Under the pieces are notes generated by a model. It saw only the letters and a program-made list of their open reading frames with translations. It had not been told where the DNA came from and did not search any database. DNA of 64,000 nucleotides from an uncultured delta proteobacterium (GTDB lineage: Bacteria; Myxococcota_A; Polyangia; Palsa-1104), in contig CAWAWS010000007.1 of NCBI GenBank assembly GCA_963785725.1, positions 416,001-480,000 on the forward strand, in the 5' to 3' direction. Both the position numbers and the translations under genes were made by a program. Positions 39,769-53,167 of this stretch are shown piece by piece (position 1 is the first letter of the stretch; each line of letters begins with the position of its first letter).

Positions 39769-40599
39769 GTGCGCGCGCTCGGGTCGCTGGTGATTGTCGC
39801 CGCCGTCGCTTGGTCGGCGACGGCGGTCGCAGCTGTCGCGAGCGTCGGCGGCCTTGCCGATGACGGCGTAAATGCAGTGCCCGCTACGCGCGCAACGGCG
39901 ACGACGACGCATGATTCGGCGGCGCCTGTGTTGTTGGCGCAAGCCGAGCCGGCGCCCGAGGACTACGTGCCGCCCGGTCACAGTCGTCCCGACTCGGGCG
40001 AAGGTCCGCCGGTCAAGCCGTATCCGAAGCCGTGGCTCATCACCGTCGATGCCAGCTTGCCGTTCACGCTCGGCACGGTGTCGCCGACGCTGCCGCCGGT
40101 CGGTTGGGGCGCCGGGCTGTCGATCGCGCGGGCGCTGCTGAATTACGGCCATTTGCGGCTCGGTATCGGCGCGCAGTTCGCGTATCAGCGCGTGCAGCAC
40201 GAGAAGCATTCCGAGGTCGTCTTCGGCGATCTGACGCAGTCGCTGGCGAACACGACGTTCGCCGGCATGCTCTTCGTCGACGAGATCTTCGGCCGCGTTC
40301 GCCCTTGGTTCAATATCGGCGGCGGCTTCAGCGTCGCGCAATACTTCGATCCCGACACCAACGGCACGGCGCAGAACGTGACCGCCGTTGCCGTCGTGCC
40401 GCTCTTGCAGATCGCGGCCGGCGTCTCCGTCGAGATCACGCGCGGCATCGAGCTCGGCTTGGGCGGCCACTTCGATCTGACGTTCTCCGACATCGATCGC
40501 GGACCGCCGGTGCCGATTGGCCAGTCGTCGACGCCGGTGCACACGGTGTTCGCGCCTGGCCTCGTCTCCGTGCGGCTGCAGCTCGGCTTCCGCTTTTAG
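39769..40599 (+). CDS. outer-membrane beta-barrel-like protein
   Basis: Signal peptide, amphipathic strands and C-terminal LQLGFRF. Confidence 0.75.
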   Translation: MRALGSLVIVAAVAWSATAVAAVASVGGLADDGVNAVPATRATATTTHDSAAPVLLAQAEPAPEDYVPPGHSRPDSGEGPPVKPYPKPWLITVDASLPFTLGTVSPTLPPVGWGAGLSIARALLNYGHLRLGIGAQFAYQRVQHEKHSEVVFGDLTQSLANTTFAGMLFVDEIFGRVRPWFNIGGGFSVAQYFDPDTNGTAQNVTAVAVVPLLQIAAGVSVEITRGIELGLGGHFDLTFSDIDRGPPVPIGQSSTPVHTVFAPGLVSVRLQLGFRF

Positions 40600-40663
40600 A
40601 TCGCGTCGCTCCCCAGCCAAACGCGACGTTGACAGCGTCCGACGCGGTCGTTACGTTCCGTCG

Positions 40664-41488
40664 GTGTTGCTGCGCATCGTCGCCGAGCTGCTGGCGCTTG
40701 TCGTGAGCGGCGCCGTCCTGTTCGTCGCGCTCAGCTACTCGCACGCGTTCTGGCATCGGCGGCGGACGACTCGCGTCGCCAACCTCTTGCGTGCCGCGCT
40801 GTTCGAGCTCGGCGCCGTGCTCTTGCTGCTGCCGTTTTGGCCGCTGTGGTGGCTCGTCGGCGCCAGCTACGAAGTGGCGACGGAAGGCGAAGGGCAGGCC
40901 GGCGGCCGGCGCCACCCGGTGATTCTGCTGCACGGCTTCGCCATGAATCGCACCAACTGGATCTGGCTCGGCAGTCGCTTGGCGGCGCGCGGCATCGGTC
41001 CCTTGTACGGGACGAGCTACTTCTCGCTGCAACCGATCGCGCGCTCGGCCGCCAACTTGGCGCGCTTCGTCGACGAGGTGCGCGCCAAGGAGCAGTGCGA
41101 GCGCGTCGACATCGTCGCCCATTCGCTCGGCGGCGTCGTCGCGCGCTGGTACATCGATCGGCTCGACGGCGCGGGCAAGATCGGGCGCGTCGTCACCATC
41201 GGCTCGCCCCATCGCGGCACGCTGACGTCGCGCCTCGGGCCGCTCATTCCGTCGGCGCGCGAGACGCGCGTCGGCTCGCAGTTTTACGCCGCGCTGGGGC
41301 CGATTACGCCGCGCGACGGGCTTTCGTACACGTCGGTCTGGTCGCGGGCCGACGCTGTCATCGAGCCGCCGGAGTCGTCGTCGATCGCGCCTGCGGGCGC
41401 CGACTGCGTCTTCGACGATCTCGGCCACCTCTCGCTGCTCTTGTCGCCGCGCGTGCTCGACGCCGTCGCCGAGCGACTGTGCGCATGA
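40664..41488 (+). CDS. alpha/beta hydrolase (esterase/lipase)
   Basis: LLHGF, AHSLGG, GSPHRG, LGHL. Confidence 0.9.
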   Translation: MLLRIVAELLALVVSGAVLFVALSYSHAFWHRRRTTRVANLLRAALFELGAVLLLLPFWPLWWLVGASYEVATEGEGQAGGRRHPVILLHGFAMNRTNWIWLGSRLAARGIGPLYGTSYFSLQPIARSAANLARFVDEVRAKEQCERVDIVAHSLGGVVARWYIDRLDGAGKIGRVVTIGSPHRGTLTSRLGPLIPSARETRVGSQFYAALGPITPRDGLSYTSVWSRADAVIEPPESSSIAPAGADCVFDDLGHLSLLLSPRVLDAVAERLCA

Positions 41489-42423
41489 CCTTATTCGACA
41501 AGCAGTTGGTGATCATCGGCGGCAAAGGCGGAGTCGGGCGCACGACGGTGTCGTCGGCGTTGGCGCTGGCGGCGGCCAAGCGCGGCAAGCGCGTCTTGTT
41601 GGCGCAGTCGAAGTCGAAGGAGCGGCTGTCGGCGCTGTTCGGCGTGCCGCCCGTCGGTCACGAGGTGACGCGCATTCGCGACAGCCTGTTCGCGGTCAAC
41701 ATGACGCCGCAAGCGGCGCTGCTCGAGTACGGCTCGATGGTGCTGCACTCCGAGTTCATCGCCAAGCAGGTGCTGGAAAACAAGGTGTCGCGACAGTTCT
41801 TGCACGCCATTCCCGGCCTCGACGACTACTCGATGCTGGGCAAGATTTGGTACCACACGACCGAGCTCGAGCACGGGCGGCGCAAGTGGGATCTGGTCGT
41901 GTTCGACGCGCCGGCGACGGGGCATCTGGTGACGATGCTGCAGATTCCGCAGGCGATCTTGGACTCGGTGCCGGAAGGGCCGTTGACGCGGCCGGCGCAG
42001 GCGGCGCGCGATCTGGTGCGCGACGGGCAGCGGACGGCGCTGTCGATCGTGACGCTGGCCGAGGATCTGCCGTCGAACGAGGCCATCGAGCTGGCAGCGA
42101 GCGCGCGGCAGAAGATCGCGGCGCCGCTCGGGCCGCTCGTCGTCAACGCGCTGTATCCGCCGCGGTTTTCGCAGGGCATTTCGGCGCGGGCGTTGGCGGC
42201 GCTGCCGGAGAACGTGGGCGACGGCGAGCTGCAGCCGCTGGTGCGCTCGGCGCGGACGGAGCAGCGGCGGCGGGCGCTGAACGATCATTATCTGGAGCGG
42301 CTGCGGACGGAGCTGCCGGTGCCGCAGGTGCATCTGCCGTATTTGTTCGCGGCCGAGTTCGGGCCGAAGTGCATCGAGGAGCTGGCGACGCGGCTGGATG
42401 CGCAGCTGACGGCGCTCGGCTGA
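41485..42423 (+). CDS. ArsA/Get3-like ATPase, subunit 1
   Basis: GGKGGVGRTT, FDAPATGH, VVNAL. Confidence 0.9.
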   Translation: MTLFDKQLVIIGGKGGVGRTTVSSALALAAAKRGKRVLLAQSKSKERLSALFGVPPVGHEVTRIRDSLFAVNMTPQAALLEYGSMVLHSEFIAKQVLENKVSRQFLHAIPGLDDYSMLGKIWYHTTELEHGRRKWDLVVFDAPATGHLVTMLQIPQAILDSVPEGPLTRPAQAARDLVRDGQRTALSIVTLAEDLPSNEAIELAASARQKIAAPLGPLVVNALYPPRFSQGISARALAALPENVGDGELQPLVRSARTEQRRRALNDHYLERLRTELPVPQVHLPYLFAAEFGPKCIEELATRLDAQLTALG

Positions 42424-42439
42424 CCGCGGGCGGATCCGT

Positions 42440-42522
42440 CGCGGCTGACGGCGCGCTCGCGGCTGACGGCGCGCTCGCGGCTGACGGCGCGCCCGCGGCT
42501 GACGGCGCGCCCGCGGCTGACG
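42440..42522. repeat. 18-bp tandem repeat CGCGGCTGACGGCGCGC(T/C), ~4.5 copies
   Basis: Follows the ArsA stop and resembles that gene's last codons (CAGCTGACGGCGCTC). Confidence 0.9.
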
Positions 42523-42596
42523 TGCGGTCTCACCGTGCGGCGCAGGAATCGTCCGTCGCGCGCCGATCGATGACGTAACCTACGCCGCACGGTGTT

Positions 42597-43454
42597 ATGC
42601 TGACCCCGATGCGCTCGCTGATCGTGGCGACGCTGCTGTTCCTAGCGACGGCCGCGCGTGCCACCGAGACGTATGCGCTCTTCCGCCTCGATCCCCTCGG
42701 GATCGCGCCCGACATCGTGGGGCAGCTGGAACGCGTGCTGCGCGGCGAGCTGGCGCGCGTCGTGGGCCACGAGCTGCCGTCGGCGCGCGCCGTCGACGAC
42801 CTAGTGCGGCAGTTCCCCAAGCTCGCCAACTGCACCGCCGATCCCGCCTGCCTCGTGCAGCTCGCCAAGTCGCTGCACGTCACGCGCGTCGTCTCCGGCA
42901 ACGTCGGCGGCCTGGCCGACAGCTACGTCGTCAACCTGAAGCTCGTCGACGACAACGGCCGCGAGCTGCGCCGCGTGACCGCCACGTTGCGCGGCTCGCC
43001 CGAGGAGCTCATCGACGAAATTCGCGTCGCCGCCTTCCGCCTCGTCGCGCCCGAGCGCCTCGTCGGCAGCATCGCGCTCCTGTCCGACGTGCCCGACGCC
43101 ACCGTCAGCCTCGACGGCGTCGACGTCGGCAAGACGCCGCTGGCGCAGCCGCTCGGCAATCTGTCGATGGGCGTGCACAAGCTCGCGGTCACGCGCGAAG
43201 GCTTCTCGCCCTACGCCGAAGACGTCCCCGTCCGCTTCGAAAAGACGACCCAAGTGGTCGTCCACCCGAGCGCCATGAGCGTCGCCGCGCGCAAAGCCGA
43301 GCGCCGACGACGCGCCGCCGCCGAGACGCCGCTGTACACACGCTGGTACTTTTGGGGCGGCGTCGCCGTGACCGCGATCGGCATCGGCATCGGCATCGGC
43401 TTCGGCGTCCCCAAGCAGTCGCCCGTCAGCTGCGCCAAAGGCGGCTGTCCGTGA
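42597..43454 (+). CDS. PEGA domain protein
   Basis: Signal peptide, ATVSLDGVDVGKTPL...GVHKLAVTREGF, and a PLYTRWYFW TM tail. Confidence 0.85.
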   Translation: MLTPMRSLIVATLLFLATAARATETYALFRLDPLGIAPDIVGQLERVLRGELARVVGHELPSARAVDDLVRQFPKLANCTADPACLVQLAKSLHVTRVVSGNVGGLADSYVVNLKLVDDNGRELRRVTATLRGSPEELIDEIRVAAFRLVAPERLVGSIALLSDVPDATVSLDGVDVGKTPLAQPLGNLSMGVHKLAVTREGFSPYAEDVPVRFEKTTQVVVHPSAMSVAARKAERRRRAAAETPLYTRWYFWGGVAVTAIGIGIGIGFGVPKQSPVSCAKGGCP

Positions 43455-43509
43455 CGCCGGCGCGCCGCCGGTTCCGCGATCGCACAATAAACGTCAGCCG
43501 GCCCGGCTC

Positions 43510-43632
43510 ATTGTGCAAACGCGCCCTGAAATTGTGCGTTCGCATCATGGCGCCGCCGATCGGCAGCTCTTCATGGTGCGTTCGCACCATGCTGTTGTGC
43601 ATTTGCGTCATTTCGTTGTGCATCTGCACCAC
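43510..43632. promoter_or_regulatory. 21-bp-phased array of GTGCR-N2-YGCAC palindromes
   Basis: Sites at 43510, 43531, 43573, 43594 and 43615, e.g. ATGGTGCG-TT-CGCACCAT. Confidence 0.65.
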
Positions 43633-44464
43633 GGTCGCCCACGCCGCCGGCGCGACGCGCGTGGCCGTCTTGCCGCTGCGCGAATCGGCGGCGGGCGCGG
43701 CCACGGCGCGCCTCGAAGCCGCGCTGGCCGAAGCCTTGCCGCTCATCCCCGGCGTCACCGCCGTCAACCTCACGAACGGCAAGTTTACGTCGCCGCGCAA
43801 AGGCGAAGGCCGCCTCGAGTCGCAGCCGTCGGCGCGCGCGTTGGCGCTCGGCCGCGAGCTGGGCGCGCAGCGCGCGGTCGCCGTCGAAGCGACGCCGCTC
43901 GGCGAAGGGCTCATCATCTACGTGCAAGCGCTGGAAGTGCCGGGCGGCCGCTCGCTCGGCTCGACGACGTTCGCGCTCACCGGCGGCGCCGCGCGCGAGC
44001 CCGGCGACCTCGACGCCGCCCGCGCCGCGCTCACCCGCGTCATCGATCCCGCGCGCTACGTCGGTCGCCTCGACATCAAGCTCGACGTTCAAGGCGCCGA
44101 GGTCCAAGTCGACGGCCGCCTCGCGCGCTCCGGCGTCGTCGAGTTACCGGTCGGCACGCACGCCCTGCGCGTCACCCATCCCGCCTATCACGACTTCTTG
44201 CGCTTCCTCGAGGTCGGCTTCGATCAAACGCTGCCCGTCGCCGTCAATATGGCCGCCTATCCGCTGGCCGAAGGTGAAATGACGGAAAGTCAGCGCCGCG
44301 GCTTGCCGATCAATACCCGCAAGCTGCCTTGGTACCGCCGTTGGTATTCGGTAGTCGGCGCGGGAATCGTCCTGACGGGTGTCACTTTGGGCGTCGTTTG
44401 GCTGGCGCGCCCCGGCGTCCACGATGATTCTTCGGCGAGCTTCAAGCCAGTGACGACGCCTTAA
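43547..44464 (+). CDS. PEGA domain protein
   Basis: GAEVQVDG...GTHALRVTHPAY and a PWYRRW TM tail. Start is 43547 or 43589. Confidence 0.8.
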   Translation: MAPPIGSSSWCVRTMLLCICVISLCICTTVAHAAGATRVAVLPLRESAAGAATARLEAALAEALPLIPGVTAVNLTNGKFTSPRKGEGRLESQPSARALALGRELGAQRAVAVEATPLGEGLIIYVQALEVPGGRSLGSTTFALTGGAAREPGDLDAARAALTRVIDPARYVGRLDIKLDVQGAEVQVDGRLARSGVVELPVGTHALRVTHPAYHDFLRFLEVGFDQTLPVAVNMAAYPLAEGEMTESQRRGLPINTRKLPWYRRWYSVVGAGIVLTGVTLGVVWLARPGVHDDSSASFKPVTTP

Positions 44465-44564
44465 AATCAGCGCTCGATTCATCCGTATTTCTTAAGCGGG
44501 TTCTTTTAAGACGACTGTCGCCAATCTAACGGGTCAATCGTGCATTTGCGATACGCGCCGAATC

Positions 44565-44628
44565 ATTTTGTCAGACAAAATCTATTGTGAAAACAATATC
44601 TTGACGGCATTTGTCGCTTAAATACAGT
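44565..44628 (+). promoter_or_regulatory. sigma70-like promoter with two palindromic operator candidates
   Basis: ATTTTGTC-A-GACAAAAT (44565-44581), TATTGT-GAAA-ACAATA (44583-44598), and TTGACG (44601)-16 bp-TACAGT in an AT-rich tract. Confidence 0.55.
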
Positions 44629-44685
44629 ATCTCGCAGAAAGGCTCTCTCCGGCCTTTAGCAAAAAAACCGGGGGTGTGTGAATCG

Positions 44686-44856
44686 ATGGTCGGAAAAAGC
44701 AAAGATCCAAAGGGAACGCGAATCACGGTCCGCATCTCCGATAAGGACCTCAAAGATCTGCAGGTGGAAGCCAAGCGGCGCAACACCACGATCGGTGGCG
44801 TCGTACGCGTGCTCATCCGCGACGGAATCCGCCTTTTGGAGCCGGCCAAGCGCTAA
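44686..44856 (+). CDS. ribbon-helix-helix (CopG/Arc-like) DNA-binding protein
   Basis: 56 aa: RITVRIS beta-strand, then DKDLKDLQVEAKRR and TIGGVVRVLIRDGI helices. Confidence 0.78.
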   Translation: MVGKSKDPKGTRITVRISDKDLKDLQVEAKRRNTTIGGVVRVLIRDGIRLLEPAKR

Positions 44857-44946
44857 TTTTTCGTTATTGTTTCGTCGAGAAATGAATCGAGTTTCGCCGG
44901 AGCAATATTCACTTACTCGTCAGCGACTGCTCAATCGCGCGCTCGT

Positions 44947-45921
44947 TCAACCCGCTTTGAGCATGGCGAAGAGGCGATTGATCTTGATGTTCGCCTGCGG
45001 AAATTTGCCGTCGCCGTAGTTGGCCGTCGCTTCCTGAAAGAGATCCTCGACCGACTTGCGATCGCCGCCGTCGAGCTTGCGGCCGTGCATGGCCGCCGAG
45101 AGCCGCGCCATCTTGGCCGAGATGAACGAGCGATCGATCTTGATCTCCTCGACGGTGGCGAGCAGCTGATCGGCGTCGTATTTGGCGCGCACGTAGTCGG
45201 CCTTCTTCATGGCGTCGCGGGTCTCGTCGACGAGCTTCGACGTCCCCGGCGGCAAATCGGACGTCAAGAGCCCGCGCTCCTGCATCAGCTTGAGCGCCTT
45301 CTTGTAGACGGGCTCGACGTCGTGCGCCGTGTAATGCAACCCCTTGGGCAGCTCGATCTTCGCCGGCACCGCCGCCATCGCGCCGCAGGTGTCGCGCTCG
45401 CGCCGCGCCAACGTCGCCTCGCGCGACGCCAGGTCCTTCTCGCGCTGCCCGACGTCGCGCTCGCGCTCGGCCAGCTCCTTCTCGCGCGACGCCACCGTCT
45501 GCTCGCGCCGCGCCGCGCGCTCGAGCGGGTCGGCGCCGGGCGACGTCGCGACCACCTGCGTCGCCTTTTGCACCAGCTGATCGCGCGCTTTCAACAGCAG
45601 ATCGAGCTTGTCATTGACCTGCTGCTCTTGCTGCGACAACTCGCCCTCTTTGGTCAGCAGCGACTTCTCGGCCTCGTCGATCGCCGCCTGCCCGGTCGAG
45701 TCGTGCCCCAGCTGCGAGCGGCGCTCGACGAGCTCGGCGCGCGCGTCCGACAGCTTCTTGCGCTCGCGCTGCAGCATTCCGCGCTGGCCCAGCAGATCGG
45801 TCTCGCTCTTCTTGAGGGACTCGTCTTCGGCGGTGATGGGCGCGACGTCGGCGGGCGGCGGTGGGCGATGGCAGCCGCCAGCCGCAGCGACGAGCAGTAA
45901 GGCTAAGGTTAGGCGCAGCAC
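44947..45921 (-). CDS. coiled-coil lipoprotein
   Basis: Lipobox AGGC, long E/R/K-rich heptads and a helical C-terminus. Confidence 0.78.
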   Translation of the reverse strand: MLRLTLALLLVAAAGGCHRPPPPADVAPITAEDESLKKSETDLLGQRGMLQRERKKLSDARAELVERRSQLGHDSTGQAAIDEAEKSLLTKEGELSQQEQQVNDKLDLLLKARDQLVQKATQVVATSPGADPLERAARREQTVASREKELAERERDVGQREKDLASREATLARRERDTCGAMAAVPAKIELPKGLHYTAHDVEPVYKKALKLMQERGLLTSDLPPGTSKLVDETRDAMKKADYVRAKYDADQLLATVEEIKIDRSFISAKMARLSAAMHGRKLDGGDRKSVEDLFQEATANYGDGKFPQANIKINRLFAMLKAG

Positions 45922-46128
45922 GCCCGCATGATAGCAGCACGGCGGCGGAACCTCTAGAAACGCGCGGTTAGGTCAGGGCCGAGCGGAGCGGCGGGCGCGG
46001 CGACGATCGATTCCGGAGGATGGTGGGCCCGGAAGGTTTCCCCCGACCTCCCGCCCCAATTATCGGCGCGCCGTCGCAAAAGTTGCGTGCCGAATCCACT
46101 CGCCGCCGCAACGTCGCGCGACGACGAG

Positions 46129-46653
46129 CTACTCGAACGTGACGAGCGCCTGCCCGGCCTCGACCGGCTGCCCCTCTTTGACGCCGACCGCCTTGATCTT
46201 GCCGTCGCGCGGCGACTTCAGCTCGTTCTCCATCTTCATCGCCTCGACGACGACGACGCCTTGCCCCGACTTGACCTCGTCCCCGACCGCGACGAGCAGC
46301 TTGACCACCTTGCCCGGCATCGGCGACTGCACCGACGCGGCCGCCGCTTTCGGCGGCGCCGCGGCGCGTCCCGCGACCTTCGCGCGCGCCGACTGCAGCT
46401 TCAACGGCACGCTGATGTTGTCGACGGTGACCGTCAGATCGGGCGCCGCGCCATCGACGTCGACGAGCGCCGTCACGCCGCCGCCTTCGGGCAACAGCGA
46501 CCAGCTCGACGCGCGTCCCGTGCCGGCGACCTTGACCGCTTCGTAGATGCGCACGCGGCCGGCATGACCGACGCGCACGCGGTTGCCTTCGAGCTTCTCG
46601 ACGGTGATGTCGCGCTCTTGCCCGCCGACTTCGACGCTATAGCGATGGATCAT
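46129..46653 (-). CDS. biotin carboxyl carrier (biotin/lipoyl domain) protein
   Basis: SPMPGKV...VEAMKMENEL. Confidence 0.93.
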   Translation of the reverse strand: MIHRYSVEVGGQERDITVEKLEGNRVRVGHAGRVRIYEAVKVAGTGRASSWSLLPEGGGVTALVDVDGAAPDLTVTVDNISVPLKLQSARAKVAGRAAAPPKAAAASVQSPMPGKVVKLLVAVGDEVKSGQGVVVVEAMKMENELKSPRDGKIKAVGVKEGQPVEAGQALVTFE

Positions 46654-46982
46654 GACGAGGCGGAAGCGGTCGCCGAAGCGGGAAGCGGGAGCTCGATGCC
46701 GAACAGGTCGGCCCATTCTTTAGCCGCCCACAACACGCCCACGAGCGTATTGGTCAGGTCACCAAAGAGCAGCGGCTCGTTCTTCTCGAAATAGTAGTGA
46801 CCGATGAACTGCAGCGCCCAGCCGGCAGCGAACATTCCGCCGCCGAGCAGCGGGTTGAACGGCAGCACGGGCAGCGAAGCCACGATCATCGGAATCCCGA
46901 CCATGTGCGTCACGCGCGTGCCGAGCTGGCGATGGCCCTCGGCATATTCTTCCAAATACTCGCGAAGCGACTTTGTTGCCAT
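46650..46982 (-). CDS. DUF962/Mpo1-like membrane protein
   Basis: H...HMVGIP...WALQFIGHYYFEKNEP. Confidence 0.88.
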   Translation of the reverse strand: MATKSLREYLEEYAEGHRQLGTRVTHMVGIPMIVASLPVLPFNPLLGGGMFAAGWALQFIGHYYFEKNEPLLFGDLTNTLVGVLWAAKEWADLFGIELPLPASATASASS

Positions 46983-47011
46983 GCGCGGAGCATACTATAT
47001 TCCGCGCCCGC

Positions 47012-48178
47012 ATGTCGCTCGCCAACCTAGTAGCGCAAAGACGCATCCTCGTCTGCGTAGGGTCCGGCGGCGTCGGCAAGACGACCACCGCCGCATCATT
47101 GGGTTTGGCGGGCGCCCGCGCCGGTCGTCGCACCCTCGTCCTCACCATCGATCCCGCCAAGCGGCTCGCCAACGCGCTCGGTTTGTCGTCGCTGGGCCAC
47201 GATCTGCAAAGCGTCCCGGCGGAGAAAGTCGCGCTCGGCGGCGCGCCCGTCTCCGGCTCGCTCGACGCCATGATGCTCGATCAAAAGCGCGCCTTCGACG
47301 AGATCGTCGTCAAGTACGCCAAAGATCCGGCGGCGCGAAAGCGCATCTTCGAGAACCGCATCTACCAGCAGATCTCGTCGACGCTGGCGGGCTCGCACGA
47401 ATACGCGGCCATGGCCAAGCTGCACGAAATTGTGCAAACGCAAAAATACGATCTCATCATCCTCGACACGCCGCCGACGGCCAACGCGCTCGACTTCTTG
47501 GACGCGCCCGAGCGGCTCACCGCGGCCATCGACTCCTCGGCGATTCAGTGGTTCACCAAGCCTTATCTGGCGGCCGGTCGCTTCTCGCTCAAGGCGCTCG
47601 GCCTCGGCGCCAGCTTCGTCTTGAAGCGGCTGGCGCGCTTCGTCGGCTCGGCGTTTCTCGAGGACATGGCGCAGTTCTTCGTCGAGTTCAACGCCATCTT
47701 GGGCGGCTTTCGCGAGCGCGCCAAAGAGGTGTTCGACCTCCTGCGCGGCGCCGACGTCGGCTTCGTCCTCGTGTCGTCGGCGGAGCCGCTCTCGATCGAC
47801 GAGGCCATCTACTTCCACGATCGCCTGGTCTCGTCGCACATGCCGCTCGGCGCCTTCGTCGTCAACCGCGTCCACTCGGCGGCGGCGGCGACGCTCGACC
47901 GCGAGGCGCTCATCGCCAAGCTGCAGGCGCGGCCCGAGCTCGTCGGCTACAGCGGCGACGACATGGTGCAGATCGCGTCCGACTTCGATCGCACGCACCG
48001 CGAGTTTCAGCAGCTGGCCGACACCGACGCGCGCCAAGTGCAGCGACTGCGCGATCGCTCACGCGGCCAGATCGACGTCATCACCATCCCGTTCTTCGAT
48101 CAGGACATCTACGACGTCAGCGGGCTCTCGCAGATGATCCGCTATCTCGTCGGCGAAGACGCCAAGTCCGCCGCCTGA
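47012..48178 (+). CDS. ArsA/Get3-like ATPase, subunit 2
   Basis: GSGGVGKTT, TIDPAKRLANALG, LDTPPT..ALDFLDAP. Confidence 0.92.
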   Translation: MSLANLVAQRRILVCVGSGGVGKTTTAASLGLAGARAGRRTLVLTIDPAKRLANALGLSSLGHDLQSVPAEKVALGGAPVSGSLDAMMLDQKRAFDEIVVKYAKDPAARKRIFENRIYQQISSTLAGSHEYAAMAKLHEIVQTQKYDLIILDTPPTANALDFLDAPERLTAAIDSSAIQWFTKPYLAAGRFSLKALGLGASFVLKRLARFVGSAFLEDMAQFFVEFNAILGGFRERAKEVFDLLRGADVGFVLVSSAEPLSIDEAIYFHDRLVSSHMPLGAFVVNRVHSAAAATLDREALIAKLQARPELVGYSGDDMVQIASDFDRTHREFQQLADTDARQVQRLRDRSRGQIDVITIPFFDQDIYDVSGLSQMIRYLVGEDAKSAA

Positions 48179-48198
48179 AATCGTAGTCCGCTAAGGCT

Positions 48199-49541
48199 TC
48201 AGCGCGCGATCTTCCAGCTCTTCAAGACCTCGGCGGCGACGGCAGCGCCCGTGCCTTTGGGCGCGCCGAACACGAGGACGAGCTTGTCGCCGTCGCGCTG
48301 CACCAGCCAATCGTCGTGCGCGCCGTCGGCCGCCGCCAGCTTCGCCAGCAGTCGCTGCGCGGCCGGCTCCGCCTCCTTCGCTTCGCTCTCGGAATCCCAC
48401 ACCGAGAGGTCGACGATGGTCAACGCGCCGTCGGGCGTGCCGTCGCTGTACGCGACCTGACGATCGCCGCCCCAACCGGCCGCCGCCTTCTCGGCGATGG
48501 CGTCCGCCGGCTGCTCGGGCGGCGCGCCCGGCGTCGCCTTTTTCGCCGGTGCCGGCGCCGGCGGCGGCGCCGAGTCGAACAAGATCTTGAACACCAGCTC
48601 GCCAAACACGTCGCGGCGAATCTCTTTGCGCGCGCCGAGCTGCTTGAGCGGCACCGGCGTGATCTGGATCGGATGCTCTTTGTTCAGGTATTTCTCGGGA
48701 TGGATGATCTGCTCGGTCGACTCCGGCGGCGACTTGAAGGCGTCGTCGATGCGCGACCAGGGCGCGCCTTTGCGCAGCGCCTCGACGAACGTCAACCCCT
48801 GCAAATAGGGGAAAATCAGCGTCTCCTTCACGAACTGCGGCGCCTTGGCGAACTCCGGCGTCGAGCCGAAGCTGCCCTGCAACATCTGCTTGCCGACCTG
48901 CTCGATCAGATCGGCAGCTGATCGACGGGCAATCCCATCGCCTGCGCCTGAAACTCCATCATGACCGCCGTGCCGTCGCCTTCGACGAGCGCCGACTGCG
49001 CCATCTGCTTGTCGTCGTTGTCCTTGATCGGCGTCGCGTACTTCTTGAGGTCGAAGTGCTGATCTTGCAGCGCGTGCTCGATCTCGTGCGCCATCGCCGG
49101 TCGCTGCAGCTCGAGCGGCAGCCAATCGGAGACGTAGAGCTTGCCCGCGAACGGATCGTAGAAGCCCGCCACCTGCTCCATCAGCAGATCGATCGTCATC
49201 TTCTCGTAGTCGAGATCGGGCGGAAACAGCCCCAAGCGCTTGAGCACGCGGCCTTCGTTGCGAAATTCCTCGGGCGTGAACTCGATCCGAATGCGCTCTT
49301 TGAGCTTGGCGCCGATCTGATCGCGCGACAGCACGTCGCGCTGCAGCGGCTTCAGGATCGCCAGGCCGCGAATGGCCGACACTTGGTGGGCGATCTCGTC
49401 GGCGGCCGCGAGCAGCGCGTCTTTCGGGGCCTTGGCGGGCGCTTTGGCGGTGGTGGCGGGCGTGGCCGGCTTCTTTTTTGCGTTCGCACCAAAAGGCAGG
49501 AGCAGGACCAGCGCCGCGGCCAGAAATCTCATGCGCGGCAT
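48199..49541 (-). CDS. secreted HEXXH zinc-metallopeptidase-like protein, one apparent frameshift (~48912)
   Basis: Signal peptide, [25 protein letters not shown], then FPYLQG and [14 protein letters not shown] in the next frame. Adding one base gives QLPDLIEQ. Confidence 0.78.
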
Positions 49542-49591
49542 CCTAGCACCTTGCGCGCGCCGCCGGTCCGCCATAGGTTTCAGGCGCTCCC

Positions 49592-53161
<3,570 letters not shown>

Positions 53162-53167
53162 ACCCGT

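Noticed and set aside
45960..46125. Possible ncRNA or REP element upstream of the coiled-coil lipoprotein
   Set aside because: Only weak GC-rich pairing, no second copy in the window and no recognisable RNA family motif.
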